Made by a program: the position numbers and the translations under genes | The notes under the pieces: model-generated | The model's input: only the letters and a program-made list of their open reading frames with translations | Database searches by the model: none | What the model was told of the DNA's origin: nothing | Shown: positions 16,053-25,201 of the stretch, piece by piece | Layout of the letters: each line of letters starts with the position of its first letter | Position numbering within the stretch: the first letter of the stretch is position 1 | Assembly (NCBI GenBank): GCA_963662665.2 | Contig: CAXXJS010000044.1 | Location: 1 to 30,092, forward strand | Direction: 5' to 3' | Origin: Candidatus Latescibacterota bacterium | GTDB taxonomy: Bacteria > Latescibacterota > UBA2968 > GCA-2709665 | Length of the DNA stretch: 30,092 nt

Positions 16053-19000
16053 TTGCCAGATCCGACCGGAGATCGACGATTCGTGAAACCGTCCTGGACC
16101 CCGCCGGAAGACATGGGTCACCGCGTGGTCGGATTCCCCGACCGGCCCAACGTCTGGATTGGCGCTCATTCCATCGAGGAAATCCGCCGCAGGTACGCAG
16201 CCGGAAACGTGTATGCCTGTTCCTGGGCGGACGAGTCTCTTGCCATCGCGGAAAAATGGTCCGCCAAGTCCGATGCATGGTACCTGGATACCATCTGGCA
16301 TCGGGAGCCGCGCGGCATTTATACCTGCGCCTGCCCCATCCACCCGTTTCGCGTACGGTATTACAGCTATTTCGACTGGTCTCTGGATGATCCCTGGCGC
16401 CTCCACTGTCCGTATTGCAAGTCGGATAGCCGCGAATATGCCTATTATCCCAACCCCCGGTACCCTGACGACGGAGACGGCTGCTTTCCCACGGACCGGG
16501 TGTGGCGCGAGGACCACGACGAGGCCTGGAGCGAGGCGCACGATGGAATCCCCTGGAACCACTGGGACGGCGAGGCCCACGGCTATGTAGAACCCACCAA
16601 TGCCTTTTATTTCAAGGCCCTCTGCTGGATGAATTCCCTGCGGGCGTTATCCGGCCACGTACTCCATCGCCTGGGCGAAGCCAGCCACGCTGCATGGCTC
16701 AAATCCGATCCCGAAACGGCAAGTCGACACGCCCGCAAGGCCCGTGTCCTCCTCGTGACGCTAGCCAGAGCCTTCCTGGGCGACGCCTATCTTGCCGCAC
16801 TCCTGGAAACCTCCGAAACGAATCTGCGGAAACGCCTGGCCGGTTTCTACGAGCACGGTACGCCCGCGAAATCCTATCCCGGGTATCGCCTTTACGCCCC
16901 GTTCGATCATATCGAGGGGGACCCGGAACGCCCGTTGAACGCGCCGGGTGACCGCTACGGCACGAAAGGCGCTTCCATTTACCCTGGCGTGTGGAACTGG
17001 AAAGCCAGCCTCGCCCAGGATCTCCTGGTCGGCTACAGCCTGATTGCCGGATCCTTCGACGAAGCCGAGTCCGACCTGAAAGCAGCCGCATTGCGCATCC
17101 TCACGTCCGCCAAAGGCGATACCCTGAAACTGGGGGCTCGCGGCCGAAGACTCAAACGCGGCATTCTGGAATACACGCTGCACCCCTACGCGCTTGTCAC
17201 AGGCGCGGACAACCTTTCCTCCTCTACCCAGATGCCCAAGCTGCAACTCGGGCGCATCGTCGGCGACGACCGGATCATCGAAAACGTGGCCAGAGACATA
17301 CTCTACTTTCTGCATAACTTCTTTACCGGCGACGGTCTGGGCAAGGAAGGCTCGCCCTCGTACACCAGTTGGGGAATCTCGGGCGTGATGGAGGCGATCC
17401 ACGGCCAGCGGGGCGCATTTGACAGGACCGCCCCCTATTACGACGTGAAACTCAACGGGATCAACATGCTTTCCCTGCCCGTGTTCAAGCACGGTCTTGG
17501 GCAGTACCTCAAGACCGGCTTTCCCGACGGTCGCCCTATCGCCTGGGAGGATTGCGTCATCAGGGCCGCCATGCCCCTGGAGCAACTCGCCCTGGCCGAG
17601 ACCCGCGGCGGCGGTATCCCGGATGTCTACCGCGATTACCTTAACATCGATCCGGAAGGCGATCCTGTCGTCTCGCTGAAACTCCCCATGCGCCTCCCGT
17701 CGCACCTGCTGGGCCAGAACCGCAAAGCCATCCTGCGCAGCGGCGAGGGCGACCGTGCCCGCACGCTTTCACTCGACTACACGGAGCGCGTCGGGCACTA
17801 CCACATGGCGCCCCTCAACCTCACGCTCTACGCGGTAGGCCACGAACTGGCAACTGACCTCGGCTACATGGGATCCACCCACTTTATGACGGTGGATTGG
17901 ATAAAGACCTTTCCGGCCCACAATTCCGTCGCCATCCGTACGCGGGACGGCGACCCGATGGGTACGGACAACCTGCGTGGAGACCTTCGGTTTTTTGTGG
18001 ATCTGCCCGGTTTCAAGGCGATCGCCGCCGCCGAGGAGGACGCTAACGAGCTCGCCAAAGTCCCCGGGGCCGACCGCTACCAGCGCACCGTCGCCCTCAT
18101 TGACTGTGGCGACGAAGAAGCCTACGTTGTAGACGTTTTCCGTGTCAGCGGCGGCCACCTGCACGACTGGACATTCCACTGCAACGGGCATCGATTTTCG
18201 ACCGAAGGCGTCGACCTTAGAGATCGTCCGGACCCGACGGAGTCCCTCTACAATTACAGCGGCTTCACGTTCACGCCGTCCCGCCGCACCCCCCGGGCGG
18301 GCGCCATGTGGGGCGCCCAGCGCGTTGCGCAACTCAGTACGGGTCGCAGCAACGGGCCGTGGACGGCAACCTGGGGAGACGTTGCCGAATACCCGGACCC
18401 GGAAGGCCCGCCGGAAACCGACACGGACGCCTTTCTCAAATTACACATGCTCGACGCACCCGGGTCCGAGATCATCGCCGGCACCGGTCCCGCGCAACGC
18501 TGGCTGGACAACCGCGACCTCGGCGAGCAGATGAAGCTGGTCACTGTCCGCCGCCGCAACCGTCACCAACCGAACGCCTTTCTGGCCGTCCACGAACCTT
18601 ACCGTAAGACCCCGTTTATCGAACGGGCAAGCCGCCTGGCATGTAAAAACGGCGAGGCGGCCGGACTGCAAGTGACGCACCACAGAGGTACGGATCTTAT
18701 TCTTAGCAACACCTCCGGCGCACCAGGTGAAATCTCCCACAGCGGGCGGGAACTGTGCAGCGACGGCGAACTCGCCTTCGCGTCATTCGATGCAAAGGGT
18801 CTCCGAACGCTGGCTCTGGTTGGCGGGACATTCGCGGAATCCGGCGGTCGGCGGGTCGAACCCGGGCTCACGCTCGAAGGCACGCTCACCGGATTCGACG
18901 ACGTTGGGAAGTCTCTGACGATTCAGCCGGACGCCGCAATCGCGGACCCCGGCGAAATCTCGGAAAAAACCATCACCTTCCGCCATCGCGAACGCGCTTC

Positions 19001-19445
19001 GGCCTATACCATCCAATCCTGCGTACGCGATCCGGAGGGCACTTACACCCTTCAACTGGCCGGCTTTCCCCACCTTGCCGTCGGCTATCTGCTTGTCACC
19101 GCAGTGGAAAACGACCTTGCGTGGGTTGAACCGCCCCCGGTGATCCAGGGAAAAGAAGACAACCTGAACATCTTCAAAGTACGGCCGGACCGAAGCCTTG
19201 CCTACCTGCAGCCCCTGGACAACCCGGTCGCGGCTGACATTCTGGACGAACGTGGAACCCGTATCCGCACCCGGTTCGCCCTGCGCCTCCACGCCGCCCG
19301 ACACCTGTGCGCCGGCGATGAGGTCGCCTTTTCGGCTTTGCATCCGGGTGTGGATCGCTTCAGGATCTTCGGTTCGGGTCAGTGGCATCGGCGGGCTACC
19401 GCCCGTGACAGCGGGCAGGATGCCGGCGAAAGATCCGCATCGTAG
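16053..19445 (+). CDS. Large heparinase II/III-like (polysaccharide lyase-like fold) protein of unknown function
   Basis: DGLGKEGSPSY, GFPDG, GHYHMAPLNLTLYAVGHELATDLGY, AHNSV, YQRTVALI and YVVDVFRVSGG..HDW motifs; N-terminal CxCPxH...PWRLHCPYC...DDGDG. Start uncertain (TTG 16053 or ATG 16113). Confidence 0.75.
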   Translation: MPDPTGDRRFVKPSWTPPEDMGHRVVGFPDRPNVWIGAHSIEEIRRRYAAGNVYACSWADESLAIAEKWSAKSDAWYLDTIWHREPRGIYTCACPIHPFRVRYYSYFDWSLDDPWRLHCPYCKSDSREYAYYPNPRYPDDGDGCFPTDRVWREDHDEAWSEAHDGIPWNHWDGEAHGYVEPTNAFYFKALCWMNSLRALSGHVLHRLGEASHAAWLKSDPETASRHARKARVLLVTLARAFLGDAYLAALLETSETNLRKRLAGFYEHGTPAKSYPGYRLYAPFDHIEGDPERPLNAPGDRYGTKGASIYPGVWNWKASLAQDLLVGYSLIAGSFDEAESDLKAAALRILTSAKGDTLKLGARGRRLKRGILEYTLHPYALVTGADNLSSSTQMPKLQLGRIVGDDRIIENVARDILYFLHNFFTGDGLGKEGSPSYTSWGISGVMEAIHGQRGAFDRTAPYYDVKLNGINMLSLPVFKHGLGQYLKTGFPDGRPIAWEDCVIRAAMPLEQLALAETRGGGIPDVYRDYLNIDPEGDPVVSLKLPMRLPSHLLGQNRKAILRSGEGDRARTLSLDYTERVGHYHMAPLNLTLYAVGHELATDLGYMGSTHFMTVDWIKTFPAHNSVAIRTRDGDPMGTDNLRGDLRFFVDLPGFKAIAAAEEDANELAKVPGADRYQRTVALIDCGDEEAYVVDVFRVSGGHLHDWTFHCNGHRFSTEGVDLRDRPDPTESLYNYSGFTFTPSRRTPRAGAMWGAQRVAQLSTGRSNGPWTATWGDVAEYPDPEGPPETDTDAFLKLHMLDAPGSEIIAGTGPAQRWLDNRDLGEQMKLVTVRRRNRHQPNAFLAVHEPYRKTPFIERASRLACKNGEAAGLQVTHHRGTDLILSNTSGAPGEISHSGRELCSDGELAFASFDAKGLRTLALVGGTFAESGGRRVEPGLTLEGTLTGFDDVGKSLTIQPDAAIADPGEISEKTITFRHRERASAYTIQSCVRDPEGTYTLQLAGFPHLAVGYLLVTAVENDLAWVEPPPVIQGKEDNLNIFKVRPDRSLAYLQPLDNPVAADILDERGTRIRTRFALRLHAARHLCAGDEVAFSALHPGVDRFRIFGSGQWHRRATARDSGQDAGERSAS

Positions 19446-19572
19446 AAAACAGCCTTCTGCGGCGCGAACGTGCGGACTGACAACCTGGTCCCGCCGGCAA
19501 GCCACAGTCGATGTACCCTCAAATCGTGCACCGCTGCTTCCTTCTCTGGGAAGCCGTTCCGGGAGAACGGGC

Positions 19573-21327
19573 ATGTCCAATCGACCATCTCGACTGACTA
19601 TGGACCCTATCACGTTCGAAGTGATGAAGAACGCGCTGCTCAACGCCACCGAGGAGATGGCGTATACCATTCGTCGAACCGCGTACTCCACGAATATCAA
19701 GACCCGGGCCGACTTTTCTTGCGCCTTCTTCGACGCTTCATTCAGAGTGGTCGCACAATCCTTCTCGCAGCCGCCACATCTTTCATCCATGAAGACCGCG
19801 ATTCCGAACGCCCTCCGGGAATACGGCGCGGAGAACCTTAAGGAAGGCGACGGCCTCGTCCTGAACGATCCTCACCGCGGAAGCAGCCACCTCAACGACA
19901 TCGCCCTCATCGCGCCGGTCTTTGCCGGAAAGACCCGGCTCGGGTACCTCGCCAACATGGCCCACCACGTGGACGTGGGGGGCAGCACGCCGTGCAGCCT
20001 GGGCGTAAACCGTGAAATCTACCAGGAAGGCATCATCATACCCCCCACGAAAATCATGCGGCGGGGGGAAATCGACGAGAACGTACTCGGCCTCATTCTG
20101 CAAAACGTGCGTGCCCCCCACGAGACCGGAGGCGATCTGCGAGCCCAGATGGGCGCAAACCTCGTGGGCGCGCGGCGCATCGCTGAACTGATCGACCGTT
20201 ATGAAACCGTTCAGGTCCAGGCCTTCTTCGACGAACTGCTCGATTACACGGAGCGATGGGCGCGCCGCGAAATCGCCGCGTTGCCTGGTGGTGTGTACAG
20301 GGCCGAAGGATTCCGTGACGGCAACGGATTCGACGACGATCCGATCAGAATTGCCGTGACCGTCCGAATCCGCGACGGAAGCGCCACGCTGGACGTCACC
20401 GGGTCCGCGCCGCAGCAGACCGGCCCGTTGAACGCCACCCGTTCCAATACCCTCGCGGCCATCGCGGTGGTCATCAAGAGCCTGATCGATCCGCGCATCC
20501 TGGTCAACGACGGCCTGTACCGCTGCCTGGAGGTGGCCGGACCCGACAATACCGTTCTCACGGCCACGTGGCCGGCCGCCGTGGTTGGCGCGTGGGAACT
20601 GGCGCAACTCACGGCGGAACTCACCCTGACCTCCCTGCACGAAGTATTGCCCGAGAGAATACCCGCCTGCGGCAAGGGCATTATCTGCAACCTGGGTTTT
20701 GCCGGCAGCGACCCACGAAAAAAAGCGTACTACTGCTACATGGAAACCGTTGGCGGCGGCAACGGCGCCCGCCCCGCCAAAGACGGTCCCGACGCCATTC
20801 AGACGACCATCCACAACACGGAGAACGCGCCGATCGAAGAGGTGGAAATCAACTATCCCATCCGCTTCGCCAGCTACGGCCTCATCACCGACAGCGGCGG
20901 CGGCGGTCGGTTTCGCGGGGGACTCGGCATCCGGAGGGACTTTGAATTTCCCGACTGCGATACCACCTTTACCGTCCTCTCCGACGGCACGCGGTTTCCT
21001 CCATGGGGGCTCGAGGGCGGCGGGGAGGGCCGGCCCGCCCGGTTCATCCTGGACCCCGACGGCACTGCCGAAGCGTTGCCGTCGAAGGCCAGCATCACGG
21101 TTCCCAGAGGCGGCCGCGTGAGCGTGCAGACGCCGGGCGGCGGGGGCTACGGCCACCCGCACGAACGCGAACCGGATGCCGTCGTCCGGGACGTCCGCGA
21201 CAGAAAGATTACGCCTCGAGCCGCCCGCGAGACCTACGGTGTGGTTTACGACTCAACGAACTGGACCGTGGACCACGAGGAAACCAGCGTTCTGCGTCAG
21301 CGCTTTAAGGAGAGTGGAGTTCGATGA
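19573..21327 (+). CDS. Hydantoinase B / 5-oxoprolinase beta-type subunit
   Basis: DPITFEV, RTAYSTNIK.RADFSCA, NDPHRGSSHLND, HHVDVGG, YQEG, DSGGGGRFRGG and TPGGGGYGHP motifs. Start placed at ATG 19573 after GGGAGA. Confidence 0.95.
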   Translation: MSNRPSRLTMDPITFEVMKNALLNATEEMAYTIRRTAYSTNIKTRADFSCAFFDASFRVVAQSFSQPPHLSSMKTAIPNALREYGAENLKEGDGLVLNDPHRGSSHLNDIALIAPVFAGKTRLGYLANMAHHVDVGGSTPCSLGVNREIYQEGIIIPPTKIMRRGEIDENVLGLILQNVRAPHETGGDLRAQMGANLVGARRIAELIDRYETVQVQAFFDELLDYTERWARREIAALPGGVYRAEGFRDGNGFDDDPIRIAVTVRIRDGSATLDVTGSAPQQTGPLNATRSNTLAAIAVVIKSLIDPRILVNDGLYRCLEVAGPDNTVLTATWPAAVVGAWELAQLTAELTLTSLHEVLPERIPACGKGIICNLGFAGSDPRKKAYYCYMETVGGGNGARPAKDGPDAIQTTIHNTENAPIEEVEINYPIRFASYGLITDSGGGGRFRGGLGIRRDFEFPDCDTTFTVLSDGTRFPPWGLEGGGEGRPARFILDPDGTAEALPSKASITVPRGGRVSVQTPGGGGYGHPHEREPDAVVRDVRDRKITPRAARETYGVVYDSTNWTVDHEETSVLRQRFKESGVR

Positions 21328-23417
21328 GCGAATCATTCCGCATCGGAATCGACATTGGCGGCACGTTTACGGATGCCGTGGTGATGGACGAAGAAACCGG
21401 CGATTTTCATCCCGTCAAGGTCTCGTCCACTCCGGACGATCCCTCCCGCGCATTCATGGAAGCGTATACCCGCGGCCTCGCCAACCAGGGTCTCACGTCC
21501 GAACAGGTCCGCTTTGTGGTTCACGGCACAACAGTGGCAACCAACACGATCATCCAGCAAAAAGGCGCGCGGATAGGCCTGATCGCCTCCGAGGGCTTCA
21601 GCGATCTCTTTGAAATTGCCTGGCAGATCCGGCCCAACCTGTATGACCTGAATTACGACAAGCCCCCTCCGCTCGTTCACCGTCACCTCTGCATCGGCGT
21701 ACCCGAGCGCATCGACGCCCGGGGCGCGGTGCTTGTCCCTCTGGACGAAACCGCCGTCGATCGTGCCGCGCGTCAGTTGGAGAAAGACCGGGTTGAAGCG
21801 ATTCTCGTCTGCTTCCTGCACGCCTACCGGGATCCCACCCACGAACGCCGGGCCGCACAGATCATCAGTGATGCATGTCCCGGGCTTCCCGTCTGCATCT
21901 CCTCCGACGTCTGCCCCGAGTACCGCGAATATACCCGCGCCAGCACAACCGCCGTCAATGCCGCGCTGCTTCCCGCGGTGGGCGCCTACGTGGAACGGCT
22001 GGAGGACCGGCTCGGGAAGGTAAACCCCGGCTCCGGCCTGTTTCTGATGACCTCCGGCGGCGGCATCATCGCCTCCGGCACCGCCAGGCAGCAGCCCGTA
22101 CAACTCATCGAGTCCGGCCCGGCGGCCGGCGTCATTGCAGCGTCGTACATCGGTCAACTCGCCGGTTTCGACAACCTGATCGCCCTGGACATCGGGGGCA
22201 CCACCGCGAAGGCCGCCCTCATCGAAAACGGCCGGCCGCGGCTTGCCGCCGAGTTCGAGGTTGGCGACGCCGCAGTCGCAACCACGACCAGAGACAAAGG
22301 CCAGGGGTATCCTGTAAAGACCCCGGTCATCGACCTGGTTGAAATCGGTTCCGGCGGCGGGAGCATCGGCCACGTCGATCCGGGCGGGGCGCTTGCCGTC
22401 GGCCCGCATTCCGCCGGAGCGGCGCCCGGACCCGCCTGCTACGGAAAAGGCGGAAAGGAACCCACGTTGACGGACGCAAACCTAGTTCTGGGCCGCCTCA
22501 ATCCCGACTATTTCCTGGGCGGCGAACTCCCCCTTGACACATCACTGGCAAAACGGGCGATCGAACGGCACATCGCCACGCCCCTGGATCTGCCGGTCGA
22601 AGACGCGGCCGACGGCCTGATTGAAATCGCCAATGCCAATATGACGGGCATCCTTCAACTCGTTTCCGTGCAGAAGGGCGTGGACCCCCGTGGGTTCGTC
22701 CTGGTCGCCTTCGGGGGCGCCGGACCCGTCCATGCCGCTGCGCTCGCAAAGGCGCTGCATATCGGCACCGTACTCATACCGCCCAGTCCCGGCGTGACCA
22801 CGGCGCTGGGTCTGCTCGTAACCGATCTGCGCCACGACTACGTCCGCACCTATATTTCAGGGACGGATGAACTGGACGTGTCCGGCCTGTCCCACATCTA
22901 CCGCGAATTCGAAGCGGATGCGACCCGTCTGCTGTTGAGCGAGGGCATTTCCCGTTCCGATATCCAGTTCGTCCGGGAGGCGGACATGCGGTATACGGGC
23001 CAGTCCTACGAACTTCGAGTACCGGTCGGCCGACTGTCGGACGACCTCTCCCGGAAATTGAACGCTGCTTTTTTTACAGCGCACCGGCGCCAGTACGGGT
23101 TTGCAACGCGGGACGAGCCCACGGAAATTGTCAATGTCCGTCTCTCTGCGGTCGGCGCCGTTCCCCGCCCCAGCCGGCGGCAGGTTCCCGGAGGCGGGCC
23201 GTCCGCTAAGGCCGCCCTGAAGGCGGAACGCAACGTCCGCATGCCAGGGCACGCCGGTCGTGCGCCCGCCTCGATCTACAACCGGTATCGCCTGGAGGCG
23301 AACAACAGCTTCCCGGGTCCCGCCATCGTCGAGGAATTCGACTCCACAACGCTCGTTCCCGCAGGAAGTACCGTCAACGTCGACGACTACGGCAATCTCG
23401 TAATCGACGTCGGTTGA
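21324..23417 (+). CDS. Hydantoinase A / 5-oxoprolinase ATP-binding subunit
   Basis: GIDIGGTFTD, HGTTVATN, ESGPAAG, DIGGTT, GPHSAGAAPGPACYG, FGGAGPVHA and GPAIVEEFDSTT motifs; ATGA overlap with the B subunit. Confidence 0.96.
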   Translation: MSESFRIGIDIGGTFTDAVVMDEETGDFHPVKVSSTPDDPSRAFMEAYTRGLANQGLTSEQVRFVVHGTTVATNTIIQQKGARIGLIASEGFSDLFEIAWQIRPNLYDLNYDKPPPLVHRHLCIGVPERIDARGAVLVPLDETAVDRAARQLEKDRVEAILVCFLHAYRDPTHERRAAQIISDACPGLPVCISSDVCPEYREYTRASTTAVNAALLPAVGAYVERLEDRLGKVNPGSGLFLMTSGGGIIASGTARQQPVQLIESGPAAGVIAASYIGQLAGFDNLIALDIGGTTAKAALIENGRPRLAAEFEVGDAAVATTTRDKGQGYPVKTPVIDLVEIGSGGGSIGHVDPGGALAVGPHSAGAAPGPACYGKGGKEPTLTDANLVLGRLNPDYFLGGELPLDTSLAKRAIERHIATPLDLPVEDAADGLIEIANANMTGILQLVSVQKGVDPRGFVLVAFGGAGPVHAAALAKALHIGTVLIPPSPGVTTALGLLVTDLRHDYVRTYISGTDELDVSGLSHIYREFEADATRLLLSEGISRSDIQFVREADMRYTGQSYELRVPVGRLSDDLSRKLNAAFFTAHRRQYGFATRDEPTEIVNVRLSAVGAVPRPSRRQVPGGGPSAKAALKAERNVRMPGHAGRAPASIYNRYRLEANNSFPGPAIVEEFDSTTLVPAGSTVNVDDYGNLVIDVG

Positions 23418-23429
23418 GAGGAATCGTAA

Positions 23430-25058
23430 ATGGACCCGAACCTGGCAACACCGGGCATTACGTGGCAACTCGTTGTCTTCTGCGGGCTTTCTCTTTCAGT
23501 GGGTTGGGGCATCCGGGGTAACTTCGGTCATGAATACGGTGCGGCCATTCCGGGCGCGCTGGCGGCAATCGCGGCCGTGCTGGTTTCAGGGCGTCCCGAC
23601 TGGCTGGCTCATGTTCATTACTTCGCCATGTTCGGCGCGCTCGGCTGGTCCTTCGGCGGAAGTATGTCATATATGGGCGTGGTCGGCTACACCCACTCCG
23701 GCCACCCGCCCTCTGTACTCTACGGATTTGCCAACCTGTTCGTCATCGGCTTTCTGTGGGCTTTCATGGGTGGCGCAGGAACCGCGCTGCCGGTATTTCT
23801 CACCGGAGACAGGCTTGCGCTTTTTTTCACTCCGCTGGCAGCGATCTTCATTGGATGGGCGCTTCAGTCATTACTGGTCGATCAGCTCCCTTCGAATGGC
23901 AAAAAGTCCCGCAGAACTGCTCTTTCGTGGTACGGTACCGACTGGCTGGCGACCCTTGTGGCGATGGCCGCCGGGTTGATTGTCGCCGCCGCTCGCGGCG
24001 GCTTCGATATCGCCACCTCTCTCGTGCTTCATCTTACGATCGGGTGGTTCGCTTCGTTTCTGGTGCTGGTCGTCATGCTCAAGCTTCGCATGACGCCGCC
24101 TCGGGGCGATAACTGGGCGGGATGTGTTGGGCTTGCCACGGGGTTGCTGATCTTCTGTTGGCGTTACGACCTGTACGGTCTTGCCTTTGCCGGGCTGATC
24201 GCGGGGTTCATCGGAGGTGTCGGCTTCGGTCTGGGTCAGTTCCTGAAACTGCTGAATATCCGTACCGGATTGCAGACCAACTGGCACAGTGTCATGGAAC
24301 AGACCCAGGGCTTTTTCCACGGCATTGCAATCGCAGTCTCAATGGGTCTGCTCTCGGTCCTCGCGCCTTCGAATTCCAATGCGATACCCATGCCGGCGTG
24401 GACAGGAATGTTCGCGACGGGTTTCGTTCTGATCGGCCTGACGTACCTGAACCACAGAAAAGCATCCGGAAACTGGGTCGAAAAAGTGGACTGCCTGCCG
24501 GAGAGACCCTACGGGCTTCCCGTAGCGGGCTGGTTTGTGCGGTCAAGGGGTTGGATCGGGTGGCTTGAACTGATCTACATTGCCATCGGCATCGCCGTAT
24601 TCTGGCTGATGCAGATGCACCGCTCGCAGCCGCTTACGTTCATACCGGATACGTGGCTGGGAAAGGGTCAGCTTCTTTACCTGGTCTTTCTGTGGTGGGT
24701 CGTCAATTTCAACTTCGCCCTGAAGATTGTTGAATTCAGTCCCAGGCGCCTGGTAACCGAGGGACTGATTACGTTCAACGCCATCGTCTGCACCGTCCTG
24801 GCCGCTTCCATAACGATTGCCAACCCCGCATATGGTCCCGCTGTACTGCAAGCAGGCACCTGCGCCGGTTGGATCTGGAACACAATCATCTTCGGGCTGG
24901 CCGCAGCGATCGTCTTCACGCTGGGTCAGTGGGGGCTTACACACGCCCTGTTCGGCAAACGCCACGTCGCCTTCGCCTTCCGCCATATCCGCTTCGGTGC
25001 GAACGCGACAACCGGTGAGGAAGTCACGGCATCCGGAAAACCCTGGAAATTGCATTGA
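23430..25058 (+). CDS. Polytopic membrane protein of unknown function
   Basis: 542 aa with more than a dozen hydrophobic segments; polar motifs GWGIRGNFGHEYGA, WSFGGSMSY, PPRGDNWAG and NWHSVMEQ; GAGG RBS, 12-bp gap after the hydantoinase A stop. Confidence 0.85.
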   Translation: MDPNLATPGITWQLVVFCGLSLSVGWGIRGNFGHEYGAAIPGALAAIAAVLVSGRPDWLAHVHYFAMFGALGWSFGGSMSYMGVVGYTHSGHPPSVLYGFANLFVIGFLWAFMGGAGTALPVFLTGDRLALFFTPLAAIFIGWALQSLLVDQLPSNGKKSRRTALSWYGTDWLATLVAMAAGLIVAAARGGFDIATSLVLHLTIGWFASFLVLVVMLKLRMTPPRGDNWAGCVGLATGLLIFCWRYDLYGLAFAGLIAGFIGGVGFGLGQFLKLLNIRTGLQTNWHSVMEQTQGFFHGIAIAVSMGLLSVLAPSNSNAIPMPAWTGMFATGFVLIGLTYLNHRKASGNWVEKVDCLPERPYGLPVAGWFVRSRGWIGWLELIYIAIGIAVFWLMQMHRSQPLTFIPDTWLGKGQLLYLVFLWWVVNFNFALKIVEFSPRRLVTEGLITFNAIVCTVLAASITIANPAYGPAVLQAGTCAGWIWNTIIFGLAAAIVFTLGQWGLTHALFGKRHVAFAFRHIRFGANATTGEEVTASGKPWKLH

Positions 25059-25201
25059 GACCCGCGACGCCCACGGAATAGAGAGACCGCCGCGTACGCC
25101 GGGTAGCGAAAAATCCAGGGCGGAAATCCCGGCCAATGGACCCTGAACCTCCGGGCACACCCGACTTCACAACTACCGTTTCCCGACAAGGCGGCGAAAC
25201 C

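Noticed and set aside
19198-19572. 125-aa N-terminal extension of hydantoinase B in the ORF track
   Set aside because: It overlaps the upstream gene and is low-complexity; an RBS precedes ATG 19573 and family similarity begins at DPITFEV.
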